The notes: generated from the sequence alone by a model not told the origin. DNA of 64,000 nt from Promethearchaeota archaeon (GCA_019058365.1 JAHPZE010000005.1:160001-224000); one strand, 5' to 3'; shown: positions 10,359-21,168, numbered from the stretch's first letter. Numbers and translations are program-made.

Positions 10359-12167
10359 TTAAAAACTCTCTTTCTTTACGCGATGTTCTAAAAATTGATT
10401 CATCATGCGTGTGAATAGAAGATATGAGAATGGAAAAGAAATAATCCATAAAAGTATTCCTAATATTTTTGTATTATAGGTTTTTCTTTTTATATTAATA
10501 ATCTTTGGAATTCTGTAATATATTAGCTTTTTTTCATTATTTTTCTCACTCACTATACCTTTTCTATTATATCCTTTTTGGAATTTATTTAGCCTTTGAG
10601 GAGCGCGAAAATCCCTATAAATCCAAATAAACCAACCAGCAAAATAGTCTTTTGAATTAATAGTTCTAATGGTATAATCTAACACCTGCAATTGCTTTTC
10701 TTCGCTAAATTTCACCTGTTTATCCCAATCAGCATGGAATCCATATTTTGCCCCAGCTCCAAATTCCGTATAAATCCATGGTTTATTAAAAACGGGGGTT
10801 CTAATTAAATCTAAAATGAAACTAATCATCCTTTCATGTGGAAAATACCAACCAAAATAGGAATTAATCGTAGCAATATCCACCGATTTCCTTATTAAAT
10901 CAGGGATTAATTTCCTAGAAACAACTGTTACAATCCTAGTATTATCAATCTTTCTTGCTAAATCCATCAAGGATTTGATAAATTTAGAACATGCCATATT
11001 ATGCAGGGGAACTTCATTTCCAACGCTCCACCATATCACAGAGGGATGATTGATATCTCGCCAAATTAATTCCTTCAACATATTTGCTGCGGTTTTATAT
11101 GTTTGAGGATTTTTGAAATCACAAGACCAATATACAGGAATTTCTTCAAGTATTAGGATCCCAACCTTATCTGCAATATCGATTAAATCCGCATCATGAG
11201 AATAATGAGCTGTTCTAATAGCATTAAAACCAAGGGATTTGAAATTCAGAACATCTTCTTTTCGCTTTTCATGGGGAATTGTTCTTCCATAGGGCATATA
11301 TTCTTCATGTAAACTAACACCTTTCAAAACAATTTTTTCTTTATTTAAAATTAAATTGATTCCATTGATTTCAATTTGGCGTATGCCAAAATGGGTATCA
11401 AAAATCAATAATTCTTCAGTTTTTTGAGAAATATCATAAATTCTTAAATAATATAGATTAGGAGTGTTTGGAGACCATAATTTAGGATTATTTATGATTA
11501 AATTAAAATATCCTTTTCCAGATCTCTCAGGAACGTTTCCTTCATATAAAATATATGTCTTGGTGTCATCAAATATTTGCCATTTCAACGAAATTTCCCC
11601 TTTAATATTATAGGAAACGTCAATTCTACTCTTTTGCTTTGTGATTAATATAGTTTTGATAGTGACATTATTTAACCTATTCTTATATAAGATTGATAAA
11701 TCAACGTCCCTGTAGATTCCACCCCAATTAAACCAATCAAAATAAATCGCTGGTATTTGATCTTTTTTTCTTGTATTATCAATTCGAACGACAAGAAAAT
11801 TATCTCTTTCTTTAATTAAATTATTAACAATAAAAGAGAAGGGTGTAAACCCTCCATTATGTTCACCTAAAAATCTACCATTTAACCATACTTTCGAATT
11901 ATAATTAGTACCTTTAAATCTAATTTGATAATCGTTATTTTTAAGATCTTTTTCTTCATTTAATTCAAATTGATAAAAGTGCCAAAAAATGCCTTCAAAG
12001 TTCTCAAATCCATTTAAAAAATTAAAACTTTTAGGAATTTCAATATCCTTTAAATTTTTATCATTAAGATTATAATTTTCTGGAATGTACCATTTATTTT
12101 GAATACCAATATTCTCAATATCAGATTTGCATTTCCATTTTCCATTAAGAGAAATAGTTTTCATCAA
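10359..12167 (-). CDS. Glycoside hydrolase family 2 (beta-glucuronidase/galactosidase-like)
   Basis: ISLNGKW, HNGGFTPF, GGIYRDV, NAIRTAHY, WSVGNE (acid/base), YTEFGA (nucleophile); hydrophobic C-terminal segment. Confidence 0.92.
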   Translation of the reverse strand: MMKTISLNGKWKCKSDIENIGIQNKWYIPENYNLNDKNLKDIEIPKSFNFLNGFENFEGIFWHFYQFELNEEKDLKNNDYQIRFKGTNYNSKVWLNGRFLGEHNGGFTPFSFIVNNLIKERDNFLVVRIDNTRKKDQIPAIYFDWFNWGGIYRDVDLSILYKNRLNNVTIKTILITKQKSRIDVSYNIKGEISLKWQIFDDTKTYILYEGNVPERSGKGYFNLIINNPKLWSPNTPNLYYLRIYDISQKTEELLIFDTHFGIRQIEINGINLILNKEKIVLKGVSLHEEYMPYGRTIPHEKRKEDVLNFKSLGFNAIRTAHYSHDADLIDIADKVGILILEEIPVYWSCDFKNPQTYKTAANMLKELIWRDINHPSVIWWSVGNEVPLHNMACSKFIKSLMDLARKIDNTRIVTVVSRKLIPDLIRKSVDIATINSYFGWYFPHERMISFILDLIRTPVFNKPWIYTEFGAGAKYGFHADWDKQVKFSEEKQLQVLDYTIRTINSKDYFAGWFIWIYRDFRAPQRLNKFQKGYNRKGIVSEKNNEKKLIYYRIPKIINIKRKTYNTKILGILLWIISFPFSYLLFTRMMNQFLEHRVKKESF

Positions 12168-12421
12168 AAGATCCCTACTTTACTAATTAATTCAATTATT
12201 TCCAATATGGAATTTATTATATCTTACTAAATTTATGATTACTTTTGAAACCTGCCCCCATTTTTACAAAATTTTGTCATTATAAAAATTGCATTTAGGG
12301 AGTTATTATTCATCGTTTAAGATGATATGATCTTAAAGTTTAAAAATAAGGAAGACAGATTAATATTTAAAATATAATTTTATTTAAATCATTTTTAAAA
12401 CATTATAGGAGGAATAAAAAA

Positions 12422-12622
12422 ATGGCTAAAAAAGCAGCAGGTGTTGAGGCTCTTTTTGTAAAAAGTAAAGTCCGAGAATATATTAAAGGTAAAGGATGCA
12501 ACACAAGTGGGGATTTGATTGATGGTCCTGCACTTAACGATGCTATCATTGGTGTTCTCGACAAAGCAATTGGAAGAGCCAAGGCAAATAATAGGAAAAC
12601 AGTCCAAGAAAAAGATTTATAA
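12422..12622 (+). CDS. Short histone-fold protein of the alpha3-truncated class (face-to-face / Bd0055-like)
   Basis: LFVKSKVREYIK...NTSGD...LDKAIGRAKANNRKTVQEKDL; RKTV..KD histone signature with very short alpha3; GGAGG upstream. Confidence 0.82.
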   Translation: MAKKAAGVEALFVKSKVREYIKGKGCNTSGDLIDGPALNDAIIGVLDKAIGRAKANNRKTVQEKDL

Positions 12623-12884
12623 TCTAAAATTTTTAATTTAGTTTTTTTTTCTTAATTCTTCTTTTTATTTTTACTACTATCTATTGGTGAAAATTACTAA
12701 TTTACTACTCTTTAGACATTTAAATTTGTTAAATTAGATTTTATAATTAGCACACATAACCCACTTAAAATAAAGAATAAAAATTCCTACCCAAATCGCC
12801 TTATACCTTATCCTCCTTTTAAAGGAAAAGGAATATTTTATTCTTATTTTATCTCTTCCCTCAAATTATATTATTTTTTTATAC

Positions 12885-13403
12885 TTAAGGAATTTCTTTA
12901 TCAATAATAAAGAAACCTGTAGAAAATACGCTTTTTAATCTTTGAAGAGAATCTTTAAGTTTTTTAACGTCTTTATAGGGACCAGATACAGCAATTATTT
13001 CTAAACATTTCTTATATTCTAAATGAACATGCATTGTAGAAATAATAATTTCATGGAAATGATGTTGAATATCATTTTTTAAGATTTCATCAGTTTGTTG
13101 GACATTTGCATAGATAGATCTTGAGCTATAATCATGATCATGGTGTGTATCATCCAAGTGTTCATGAGAATGCTCATGATTCAGAGTAACATGTTCATGA
13201 GCCATCATTATTGTTATACATCCTACCACATTTTCAGATACAACAGAAATGTTTTCTTCTTGTATCATAAAAAGATGCATAGCCTTCCGTATAGCATCAG
13301 ATCTTGAAATTCCTAATTTATCTCTAAATTCCTCAAATTTATCATATAGATCTTGAGGAAGAGAAACTGTAAAACGTTTGTATTCTTCCATATTAAACAA
13401 CAA
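12885..13403 (-). CDS. nikR: Nickel-responsive regulator NikR with His-rich insertion
   Basis: N-terminal RHH (RFTVSLP...SRSDAIRKA); QHHFH..IISTMHVHL...CLEIIAV Ni site. Confidence 0.9.
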   Translation of the reverse strand: MLFNMEEYKRFTVSLPQDLYDKFEEFRDKLGISRSDAIRKAMHLFMIQEENISVVSENVVGCITIMMAHEHVTLNHEHSHEHLDDTHHDHDYSSRSIYANVQQTDEILKNDIQHHFHEIIISTMHVHLEYKKCLEIIAVSGPYKDVKKLKDSLQRLKSVFSTGFFIIDKEIP

Positions 13404-13435
13404 AATTTAATGAAATTAAAATAGGATAAAAAAAA

Positions 13436-14170
13436 TTATTTTCTAATTAGGATCGCAATTGGTACACTAGCCTCACGCCACTGAGCGATTTTACCAGAAT
13501 ACTCGAGATCTAGCTTTACTCTACCATGATCTCCAATAATCATCATCAATGAATTAGGTCTAAGTTGTTTATAATTACCCAAAATCCACTTATCGGTTCT
13601 ATTTATCAACTTTTCAATCAAATCTTCTGGAGTTCTTTGCTTTAATTGTTGTTGTTGGTTATGCAGATTCTCAAAATCTAAATAATGCATCCAGGAAAGG
13701 TGGTGAGTATTTATAACTTTTGCACTTTCAACCCAAGTACTCATATCTGTATCTTTTGGAATAGATTTTGTTCCTCCATCATATCTATCTAAATCTTTTT
13801 TTCTGCCAATAAAACATGATGTTTTACCTGCATTGTTTATAGCCTTTAATAAATGAAATCCATTAGGTTCAATATTAAAACCACCATATATTATTTGATG
13901 TAATACTCCTAAAGTGTAAGGGTTCTTAGTGCTTAATAATAACATTACTTCAGAGTTAGTTATCATAAATTGTGGCTTAAGATAAGTAATCTCAAAAAGT
14001 CCGAAATTATCTATTAAATTTATGCTAATACGTTCGATGCCTTGATATAACTCTAAAATATGTTGAACTGGTTCTGGGATTGTACCATGTGGAGGCTCAA
14101 TATCTAATAATTTTAGCAGAGTTGCTGGTAATTGGTTAAGATAAGCCTTAATAGTTTGCAGTTCTGACAT
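13436..14170 (-). CDS. Divergent alkaline-phosphatase-superfamily (nucleotide pyrophosphatase-like) protein
   Basis: QLPATLLKLL, NLIDNFG, YLDFENLH, IIGDHG and VPIAIL resemble AP-superfamily core; catalytic state uncertain. Confidence 0.5.
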   Translation of the reverse strand: MSELQTIKAYLNQLPATLLKLLDIEPPHGTIPEPVQHILELYQGIERISINLIDNFGLFEITYLKPQFMITNSEVMLLLSTKNPYTLGVLHQIIYGGFNIEPNGFHLLKAINNAGKTSCFIGRKKDLDRYDGGTKSIPKDTDMSTWVESAKVINTHHLSWMHYLDFENLHNQQQQLKQRTPEDLIEKLINRTDKWILGNYKQLRPNSLMMIIGDHGRVKLDLEYSGKIAQWREASVPIAILIRK

Positions 14171-14288
14171 ATCTGTGCCCTAATGTTGAAAATGTAATTT
14201 ATTTTTTATAATTCTTAATATTATTAAAAAGATGATATAATTATAAAATTGTTATTACTTTAACTAATGAGTTTTATACTAATTTTAA

Positions 14289-15587
14289 ATGAAGAATAAA
14301 ATGAGAATATTATATATTGATTTACAAAATTCTGGAATTTCTGGAGATATATTTCTAGCGGCTCTTTTAGGATTAGTTCCTGAGTCTAATAAAATTGTGA
14401 AAGAATTAGAGGAATTAAAAAATATTTTACCTGGGGTTTCGAAATTAGAAATTAAATTAGTTAAAGCAGAAATCACTGGAATTCAAGTAAACAAATTAAA
14501 AATAGAAATTAAAGAAACCAAGGATCACCGGACAGCAACTATTCTTCAAAAAGCTTTAAAGGATTTTTTAGTAAATTCTCAAATTTCTGATTCTGCAAAG
14601 GATTATGCGAATAAAGTCTTGAATTCTTTGATTCTAGCAGAAGCAGAGGTTCATGATGAATTAGCTAAGAATATTCATTTGCACGAACTTAGTTCTGTTG
14701 ATACTTTAATAGATGTTATTGGAGTAGCAACTGCTCTTGATAGATTTAATGCTTTTAATAATAATGATTTAAGGATTTTTTGTAGTAAAATCCCTTTAGG
14801 TAGCGGTACTATTAATACAAAACATGGCATCTTAGCTATTCCAGCCCCCGCTACTTTAAAGATTTTAGAAAAATCAAATCTAATAACATATGGAGGACCA
14901 GTAGAATCTGAACTGACTACACCAACTGGAGCAGCATTATTAGCAAATTTAGAACCCCAAATTCTCCAATATCTTCCAGATATGAGAATTTTAAAAACTA
15001 ATTATAGCACAGGTCAGAAGATATTTGAAAATTTCCTGAATGTTTTAAGGCTATTTTATGGTGAAGATAAAGAATCAGATTTTTCTAATTTAAACCACCC
15101 ATTACAAAAATATGTCGAACAAGTCACTATATTAGAAACTGATGTCGATGATATATCTGGAGAAATTCTTGGAAATTTTATTTCAACTTTTGAGCATGAA
15201 GAAATTTTAGATGTTCAGATTTTACCTAGTATTACGAAAAAAAACAGACCCGGACATATCATTAAAGTCCTATGCTATCCAGAATATACTTTTAAGTTTA
15301 TTAAAAGAATGGTAGAAGAATTAGGGACACTAGGTGTAAGATTTAACATTATTAACCGTGTTTGCATTAATAGAAGAATTGAAAGAAAAAGTATTGATGT
15401 AAATGAAAAAACTTATGAGATAAACTATAAAATCTCATTTATAGAATCAGAGAAGGGAAAGGAAATGATTAATATCAAGCCAGAATATAAAGATCTAAAA
15501 AAAATTAGCGAGGAGACTGGTATAACTGTAAAAAAAATTCAGCTCTTAGTGAATTCTAAAATAAAACAAATCTACAACAATTTTTAG
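14289..15587 (+). CDS. larC: Nickel-pincer cofactor biosynthesis protein LarC
   Basis: GISGDIFLAAL, HLHELSSVDTLID, HGILAIPAPAT, ELTTPTGAA, ETDVDD, KKNRPG, TLGVR, KPEY. Confidence 0.93.
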   Translation: MKNKMRILYIDLQNSGISGDIFLAALLGLVPESNKIVKELEELKNILPGVSKLEIKLVKAEITGIQVNKLKIEIKETKDHRTATILQKALKDFLVNSQISDSAKDYANKVLNSLILAEAEVHDELAKNIHLHELSSVDTLIDVIGVATALDRFNAFNNNDLRIFCSKIPLGSGTINTKHGILAIPAPATLKILEKSNLITYGGPVESELTTPTGAALLANLEPQILQYLPDMRILKTNYSTGQKIFENFLNVLRLFYGEDKESDFSNLNHPLQKYVEQVTILETDVDDISGEILGNFISTFEHEEILDVQILPSITKKNRPGHIIKVLCYPEYTFKFIKRMVEELGTLGVRFNIINRVCINRRIERKSIDVNEKTYEINYKISFIESEKGKEMINIKPEYKDLKKISEETGITVKKIQLLVNSKIKQIYNNF

Positions 15588-15661
15588 TCATGAAATTGTA
15601 CTTTGATAAGAATAATAAGAAAAAAAAATAGGTAGAAAACAAGTCTCAATGTTATGGCGAT

Positions 15662-16204
15662 TTAATATTTATCAACATTAAACTTGTGTAATATATACTC
15701 ATCTTCAACCATTTCTTTTGAAAAAGCTTTTAGTCTCGTAATTTCCTTTTTAATCTCCTTAACATTTCTTAATTTACCCAACTCTTGAAATAATTCGGAT
15801 GCTTCTTGGAAAGTCTGAATACATGTATCAAAGTTTCCCGATACTTCAAGATCTTCAGCTAGAAATACCAATCCTTCTGCAGTTTCTAATTTTTTACCTA
15901 ATTTTTTCTGTATTTTTAATGATTGGTAATGATATTTCATACTTTCAGGATATAGTTTAAAAAGAGAATAAGTTCTTCCTAATGTCCTTAAAACAAGTGC
16001 TTCTTCTTCGGGTAAATTATTTTCTCTGCAATGTGTTAAAATATCTTCTAGAAATTGAATATATTCAGATTTATTTTTAATTTGCGTTCGATCAATGCGT
16101 TCCATTGCTTTTTGGAAGTTCTCTAAAGTGTTAAGGATATCACCACTTTCAAAAAATTTCTTAGATTTCTCAAAAAGTTCAGTATGATTAATAGATGCGA
16201 CCAT
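15662..16204 (-). CDS. Tetratricopeptide-repeat protein
   Basis: EALVLRTLGRTY...SMKYHYQSLKI; AEGLVFLAEDLEVSGNFD...FQEASELF. Confidence 0.75.
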   Translation of the reverse strand: MVASINHTELFEKSKKFFESGDILNTLENFQKAMERIDRTQIKNKSEYIQFLEDILTHCRENNLPEEEALVLRTLGRTYSLFKLYPESMKYHYQSLKIQKKLGKKLETAEGLVFLAEDLEVSGNFDTCIQTFQEASELFQELGKLRNVKEIKKEITRLKAFSKEMVEDEYILHKFNVDKY

Positions 16205-16463
16205 CGGGGTCTCAACTACTTATTCTTAGATTTTTTTTTTTAGATATTATTAATTGAAAAATAAGTTCAATATTAATTATATTGATTTACCTATTTATAG
16301 TTATCTATCTTAAATTAAAGGACAAGAGATATCAAAAAGGGATAAAACAATGAATAATCTAATCGTTCACTTGAAGTAAAAAATTCATTAAATGAACATT
16401 TGATTAAATATATGTTTGATTAAATGGACTAGAACAAAAAAAAAAAAAGTAAAGTTAAAATAT

Positions 16464-17138
16464 TTAAAAATTGATTATTCCCGCAATACCCAGTGGTAAA
16501 AAGATGGCTAAAAGCACAATTCCTATAGCATAGATTATCCCGACTATTTTCACTTTAGACTTTCTATCTGGTAAATCATACACATAAAAAGCTCCTACAA
16601 AAAAATACAAGTATCCTATTAGAAATATAAGAATTGGATTATACCAATTCCACCACCAATACTCCCATATTAAATAATTTCCTAAATTCAAGAAAATTTC
16701 CACAATTACACAGAATAGTGCAAAACCGATTGCCATCGCCCATCGATTAGGGAGACCAAGTATTTTTTTATTTTTATCATCAGGTAAAAACTTTGCGAAG
16801 ATTATACCTGCGATAGAAAACATAAATGCAATTTCAATATTCCACCCAATTAAAATAATATATGCACTTGCTCCAGGCGTAGTCCAAAAAGCGGAGTAAT
16901 TGGTAAAGACAAATACCAGTCCATTCCATATTTCATTAATTAAATCTAGACCTAATACAGTTAATCCTGCAAAAATTGTACTCCAATTTCCTGTTTCTCT
17001 AGCATTTTTAATTTCTACGCCATAAATATATAGTACTATAGCAAGTAATGGAATAACATACCATCCTAATTCAGAATTTAATATTCGAAGATTAGTAAGA
17101 GCGTCTAATGAAGCTTGTGTTGGAGGCATAAAATTCAC
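16464..17138 (-). CDS. Conserved multi-pass membrane protein, function unknown
   Basis: About 6 hydrophobic segments; NEIWN and GWNIEI motifs. Confidence 0.7.
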   Translation of the reverse strand: MNFMPPTQASLDALTNLRILNSELGWYVIPLLAIVLYIYGVEIKNARETGNWSTIFAGLTVLGLDLINEIWNGLVFVFTNYSAFWTTPGASAYIILIGWNIEIAFMFSIAGIIFAKFLPDDKNKKILGLPNRWAMAIGFALFCVIVEIFLNLGNYLIWEYWWWNWYNPILIFLIGYLYFFVGAFYVYDLPDRKSKVKIVGIIYAIGIVLLAIFLPLGIAGIINF

Positions 17139-17302
17139 TCTCGATTTATTATTTATATTTTTTTATGATTAATTAAGAGAAATTTAAACCGGAATATATA
17201 AATAATTTTACTAATTGGATGTACACTAAAGTGAGAAGACTCGATTTTTATCATATTAATGATTCTTAGGAATCTTACAGAATCTTAAGATACGAGTAAA
17301 AA

Positions 17303-18082
17303 TTATTCGGCAATTTTATTAGCGATAATAGCTGCGGAAGACCCCGCACCAAATCCATTATCAATATTTACAACTAGTAATCCCGGAGAACATGACTGAA
17401 GCATAGTAATTAATGCACCCTTCCCTTTTTCACCAATCCCATATCCACTTGAGATAGGAACCCCAATGACTGGAACATCTACAAGAGCTGCAACAACACC
17501 AGGTAATGTTCCCTCCATTCCAGCACATACTATTATTACATGAACTCCTCTCTTTATCATGTCACTTAACGGAGCAAAAATTCGATGAATCCCAGCAATT
17601 CCTACATCAAAGCTTGTTTCAACCTTACATCCCATTGCTTCGGCAATAACTTTCGCCTCAATAGCTACAGGTATATCTGAACTACCTGCAGTAATAATTC
17701 CTACCATTCCTCCTTTTTTTTTAAAACTAAATGAGACTTCTTTAATAACTAGGATTTTCCCTAACTCATATATATCGATTAAAAATTGTTTATCAGTGCT
17801 ATATTTTTCAAGGATTAATTTTTTTTGTGCTTCATGATAGCGTGATATAATTGCGAATTTTTTACGGTCTAAAAGTTTAGAGATAATGTCAATTAGAATT
17901 TGAGGATCTTTATTTTGGGCAAAAATAACTTCGGGTATTCCCGTTCTTGTTTTACGAAAAATATCTAATTTTGCTATATCTCCAACTTCTTCAACTAAAT
18001 TCGCTTTCAATAATTTTTCCGCGTCATCTAATGAAATTTTCTTTTCAAGTAATTTTTGTAGAATATCTTTTATCTCAATCAT
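17303..18082 (-). CDS. larB: Nickel-pincer cofactor biosynthesis protein LarB
   Basis: RTGIPEVIF, TAGSSDIPVA, DVGIAGIHR, AGMEGTLP, PVIGVP.S.GYG, VVNIDNGFGA. Confidence 0.94.
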   Translation of the reverse strand: MIEIKDILQKLLEKKISLDDAEKLLKANLVEEVGDIAKLDIFRKTRTGIPEVIFAQNKDPQILIDIISKLLDRKKFAIISRYHEAQKKLILEKYSTDKQFLIDIYELGKILVIKEVSFSFKKKGGMVGIITAGSSDIPVAIEAKVIAEAMGCKVETSFDVGIAGIHRIFAPLSDMIKRGVHVIIVCAGMEGTLPGVVAALVDVPVIGVPISSGYGIGEKGKGALITMLQSCSPGLLVVNIDNGFGAGSSAAIIANKIAE

Positions 18083-18227
18083 TTAGTTTTTCCTTTAGTT
18101 AATAATGATTATATTAAAATCAATAAAACTCCATGAATTTTGTATTTTACTAATTTATGAAAAAACATAATAACTACTTAAAATAATTATAAATTACAAT
18201 TATATTAATTTTAATTCCTAATCTAAA

Positions 18228-19463
18228 GTGAAGAAATTTATGAAAATTGACTATACATCTTTCAAAGATGTTAAATTAAAAGGTAAAAAAATCTTAATGC
18301 GAGTAGATATCAACTCTAATATTGATTTAGAGAAAATGGAAATTAGAGACTCTCCTCGAATCCGAGCACTTGTACCAGCTTTGAATGAATACTTCAAAAA
18401 GAGTGCAGTAATTATTTTAGCTCACCAATCTCGACCTGGAGATAAAGATTTTACTGATTTAGATATACATGCGAAAGAGATACAAAAGCAGCTTGGCCGT
18501 CCAGTAAAATTTGTAAAAGATATTTTTGGTCAAAAAGCTGTTCAAGCAATTAAAGATCTTAAACCAGGAGAAGTACTAGTTCTTGATAATGTTCGAAAAT
18601 TTGAAGGAGAAATGAAAGAATATAAAGATTTTTCCGAAGCAGAAAAAACTGAAATGATACAAACTCTTTATCCTCTAGTTGATTATGTTATTGTTGACGC
18701 TTTTGGTGCTGCTCATCGAGCGCACGCATCTATAGTAGGGTGGCCAAAGATGATGGCAGGACCAATAACTGATGAAGAGTTATATGCTTTAAAAAAAATA
18801 ATGCAAGAACCTGAAAAGCCTATGGCAATGTTAATAGGTGGAGCAAAAGCAATAGATAAATTTAAAGCAATGAAATATAATTTTGATAATGAAAAATTGG
18901 ATTACGCCTTATGTTCAGGATTGACTGCGATTTTAATTTTTGAAGCTTTAGGAAAAAATATGGGAGAACCAAACCATAAAATAATCGCTGAAGATTTAGA
19001 AGCAAATAAAGATATGATAATAGATACATATGAAAAATATAAAGAAAAAATTATTCTTCCAGTAGATTTAATTATCGATGATAATGGTAATAGAAAAACT
19101 ATCGGAATAGACGAAGCGGGTACTTATAATACAACAACAGGTGATATTGGCCAAAAAACAGTTGACAAATTTAATGAAATCCTCATGAAGTGCAAAACCA
19201 TTATCGCAAATGGTCCACCAGGAATTTTTGAGAAAGAAGTATTTAGAAAATCCACAAATGAAATTATAGATACTATGGTTACTGCTACTAAGAAAAATAA
19301 GGCTCTTACAATAATAGGGGGCGGTGAAATGGGTGCTGCAGCTTCAATGGCCGGTAAAGCAGATGGTGTTTCATTTATTTCGACAGCAGGAGGAGCAATG
19401 CTCGAAATTCTTTCTGGAAACGATTTACCAATGATTAGAGCTTTACGAGAGAAAAAATTATAA
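18228..19463 (+). CDS. pgk: Phosphoglycerate kinase
   Basis: RVDINS, AHQSRPG, DAFGAAHRAHAS, GGAK, NGPPGIFE, STAGGAML. Confidence 0.95.
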   Translation: MKKFMKIDYTSFKDVKLKGKKILMRVDINSNIDLEKMEIRDSPRIRALVPALNEYFKKSAVIILAHQSRPGDKDFTDLDIHAKEIQKQLGRPVKFVKDIFGQKAVQAIKDLKPGEVLVLDNVRKFEGEMKEYKDFSEAEKTEMIQTLYPLVDYVIVDAFGAAHRAHASIVGWPKMMAGPITDEELYALKKIMQEPEKPMAMLIGGAKAIDKFKAMKYNFDNEKLDYALCSGLTAILIFEALGKNMGEPNHKIIAEDLEANKDMIIDTYEKYKEKIILPVDLIIDDNGNRKTIGIDEAGTYNTTTGDIGQKTVDKFNEILMKCKTIIANGPPGIFEKEVFRKSTNEIIDTMVTATKKNKALTIIGGGEMGAAASMAGKADGVSFISTAGGAMLEILSGNDLPMIRALREKKL

Positions 19464-19600
19464 TAATTGAATCTTTCTATTTTTTTATTTTTTTTTTATC
19501 ACGAATTTATACTAGAACTCAATAATTTTAATAAAATATTTATTTTTTAATATTATAAATTACTTACGAGTAATTGTATTATTCATTAAATTATACAAAA

Positions 19601-19677
19601 GGGCCCGTGGTCTAGCTCGGTATGACGTCCGCTTGACGTGCGGAAGGTCGTGCGTTCAAATCGCGCCGGGCCCACCA
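19601..19677 (+). tRNA. tRNA-Val(GAC), 3' CCA encoded
   Basis: Acceptor GGGCCCG/CGGGCCC-A-CCA; anticodon arm TCCGC-TTGACGT-GCGGA; T-loop TTCAAAT. Confidence 0.96.
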
Positions 19678-19701
19678 TTTAATAATTAGGGTAACAGAAA
19701 G

Positions 19702-20181
19702 ATGCCAATAAGAATTCGATGGACTTCAAAGGAGTATTTTGGTTTCCTCCTGCTTTTATTAGGAATGAGTGGAATGTTCCAATTATTTTTTATATTTATA
19801 GGTCAATATTTCTTAGCGATGGGAAATCATATCGTAGTAATTTTAATTCCAATTGGAATTTGGGTGGCAATATTCTATGCGACTCTTATTATATTTGAAA
19901 GTTATGCTCAAGTTGAGAGAAGAGAAAAATTGAGGTCTCAATTTCTTAAATCAAAAATCAAGAGTTCTACTCTAAATAGATTTTTAAGTGCTCCAATAAC
20001 TAAACCGTTATTAATAATTCTCATCTTTTTTAGCATTTTTTTCTTTAGTATTTTCTCTATCTCTATATTATTCTTAGATAATACTATAGCATTTTTAACC
20101 GCGGAAATTCTAAGTGCGATATTTTGTCTACTTATTGCAAATTTAATAGAAAAAAATTACGGTCGAGTTAAAAGATATTAA
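19702..20181 (+). CDS. Four-TM membrane protein, unknown function
   Basis: Hydrophobic segments separated by a basic loop. Confidence 0.65.
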   Translation: MPIRIRWTSKEYFGFLLLLLGMSGMFQLFFIFIGQYFLAMGNHIVVILIPIGIWVAIFYATLIIFESYAQVERREKLRSQFLKSKIKSSTLNRFLSAPITKPLLIILIFFSIFFFSIFSISILFLDNTIAFLTAEILSAIFCLLIANLIEKNYGRVKRY

Positions 20182-20319
20182 ACCTATGCTCTAATTTAAA
20201 CGACCTATTATTTTAGAGCAAATTTATTAAGTAATAAGACAATATTTGTTGTATAAAAATAAGATTGTAAAAGATCAATCTTTTAAATATAACTCTATTC
20301 AATTACTTTTTTTCAAAAT

Positions 20320-21168
20320 ATGGCGAGAATCGAAATACGCTGTCCAATTTGTGCGCAATGGGAATATATAGAGATTGCAGATGATGCTACCAAAAATGTT
20401 ACAAAAGGTCTTTTAGCGATTAACATTGCAGCGGGAATGATATGCGAACATTCGTTTATTGCATATGTAGATAAAAATTTAATTGTGAGAGATTGTTTAG
20501 TAGCAGACTTCAAAATCGAACTATCAGAAAGTGCCCCAACAGCAGATGATAAAGAAATTGTTATTCCAGAAACTGAAACTATTAAACTTGATTTAATTAA
20601 GTTAAATATTCCTGATATATTAATGGTGAATATTATCAAAACCATCTTTTTAGGAAAGAGAGTAGTAATACTTTCAGATCAGGAATTCCTCTATAATCAC
20701 CTTATAAATTTCTTTAAATCAATAATGGAAAATACATTTAAATTTGATTTAAAAATTATTTCTGAGTTAGAATATAAAAAAAAAAAGAAAGAATACAAGG
20801 AACATCTTGTCTTTAAGAATCGTGAAATAGTTAGAGATAAGGAAAAAATTATTAATCCGAAAAAGTTAGAATTCGAGAAAGCAATGGTACAAAAGTTCAC
20901 AAATGAATACGATTTAATGGCGGGGGTTATCATATTAAGAAACGAAATAAAAAAATGCTATGAGTTTTCTAAATCCATAGCTGAACTCATTCAAAATAAA
21001 GAAGGAAAAGCAATAACATCTAAATTAATTATCGACCATATCTTAAAAAAACACGGGGAACGAATACAAAAACCCTATATATCTTCTTTAATTGACATCA
21101 TTCATAACTATTTTAAAGTCGAAGTTCCTAAAATTAGTGGAGTGACAGATCTACTTGGATTTCTATAG
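20320..21168 (+). CDS. Zn-ribbon plus possible DENN-core-like Asgard protein
   Basis: CPIC...CEH N-terminus; IIKTIFLGKRVVILSDQEFLYNHLINFF resembles the cDENN helix-strand-helix. Confidence 0.5.
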   Translation: MARIEIRCPICAQWEYIEIADDATKNVTKGLLAINIAAGMICEHSFIAYVDKNLIVRDCLVADFKIELSESAPTADDKEIVIPETETIKLDLIKLNIPDILMVNIIKTIFLGKRVVILSDQEFLYNHLINFFKSIMENTFKFDLKIISELEYKKKKKEYKEHLVFKNREIVRDKEKIINPKKLEFEKAMVQKFTNEYDLMAGVIILRNEIKKCYEFSKSIAELIQNKEGKAITSKLIIDHILKKHGERIQKPYISSLIDIIHNYFKVEVPKISGVTDLLGFL

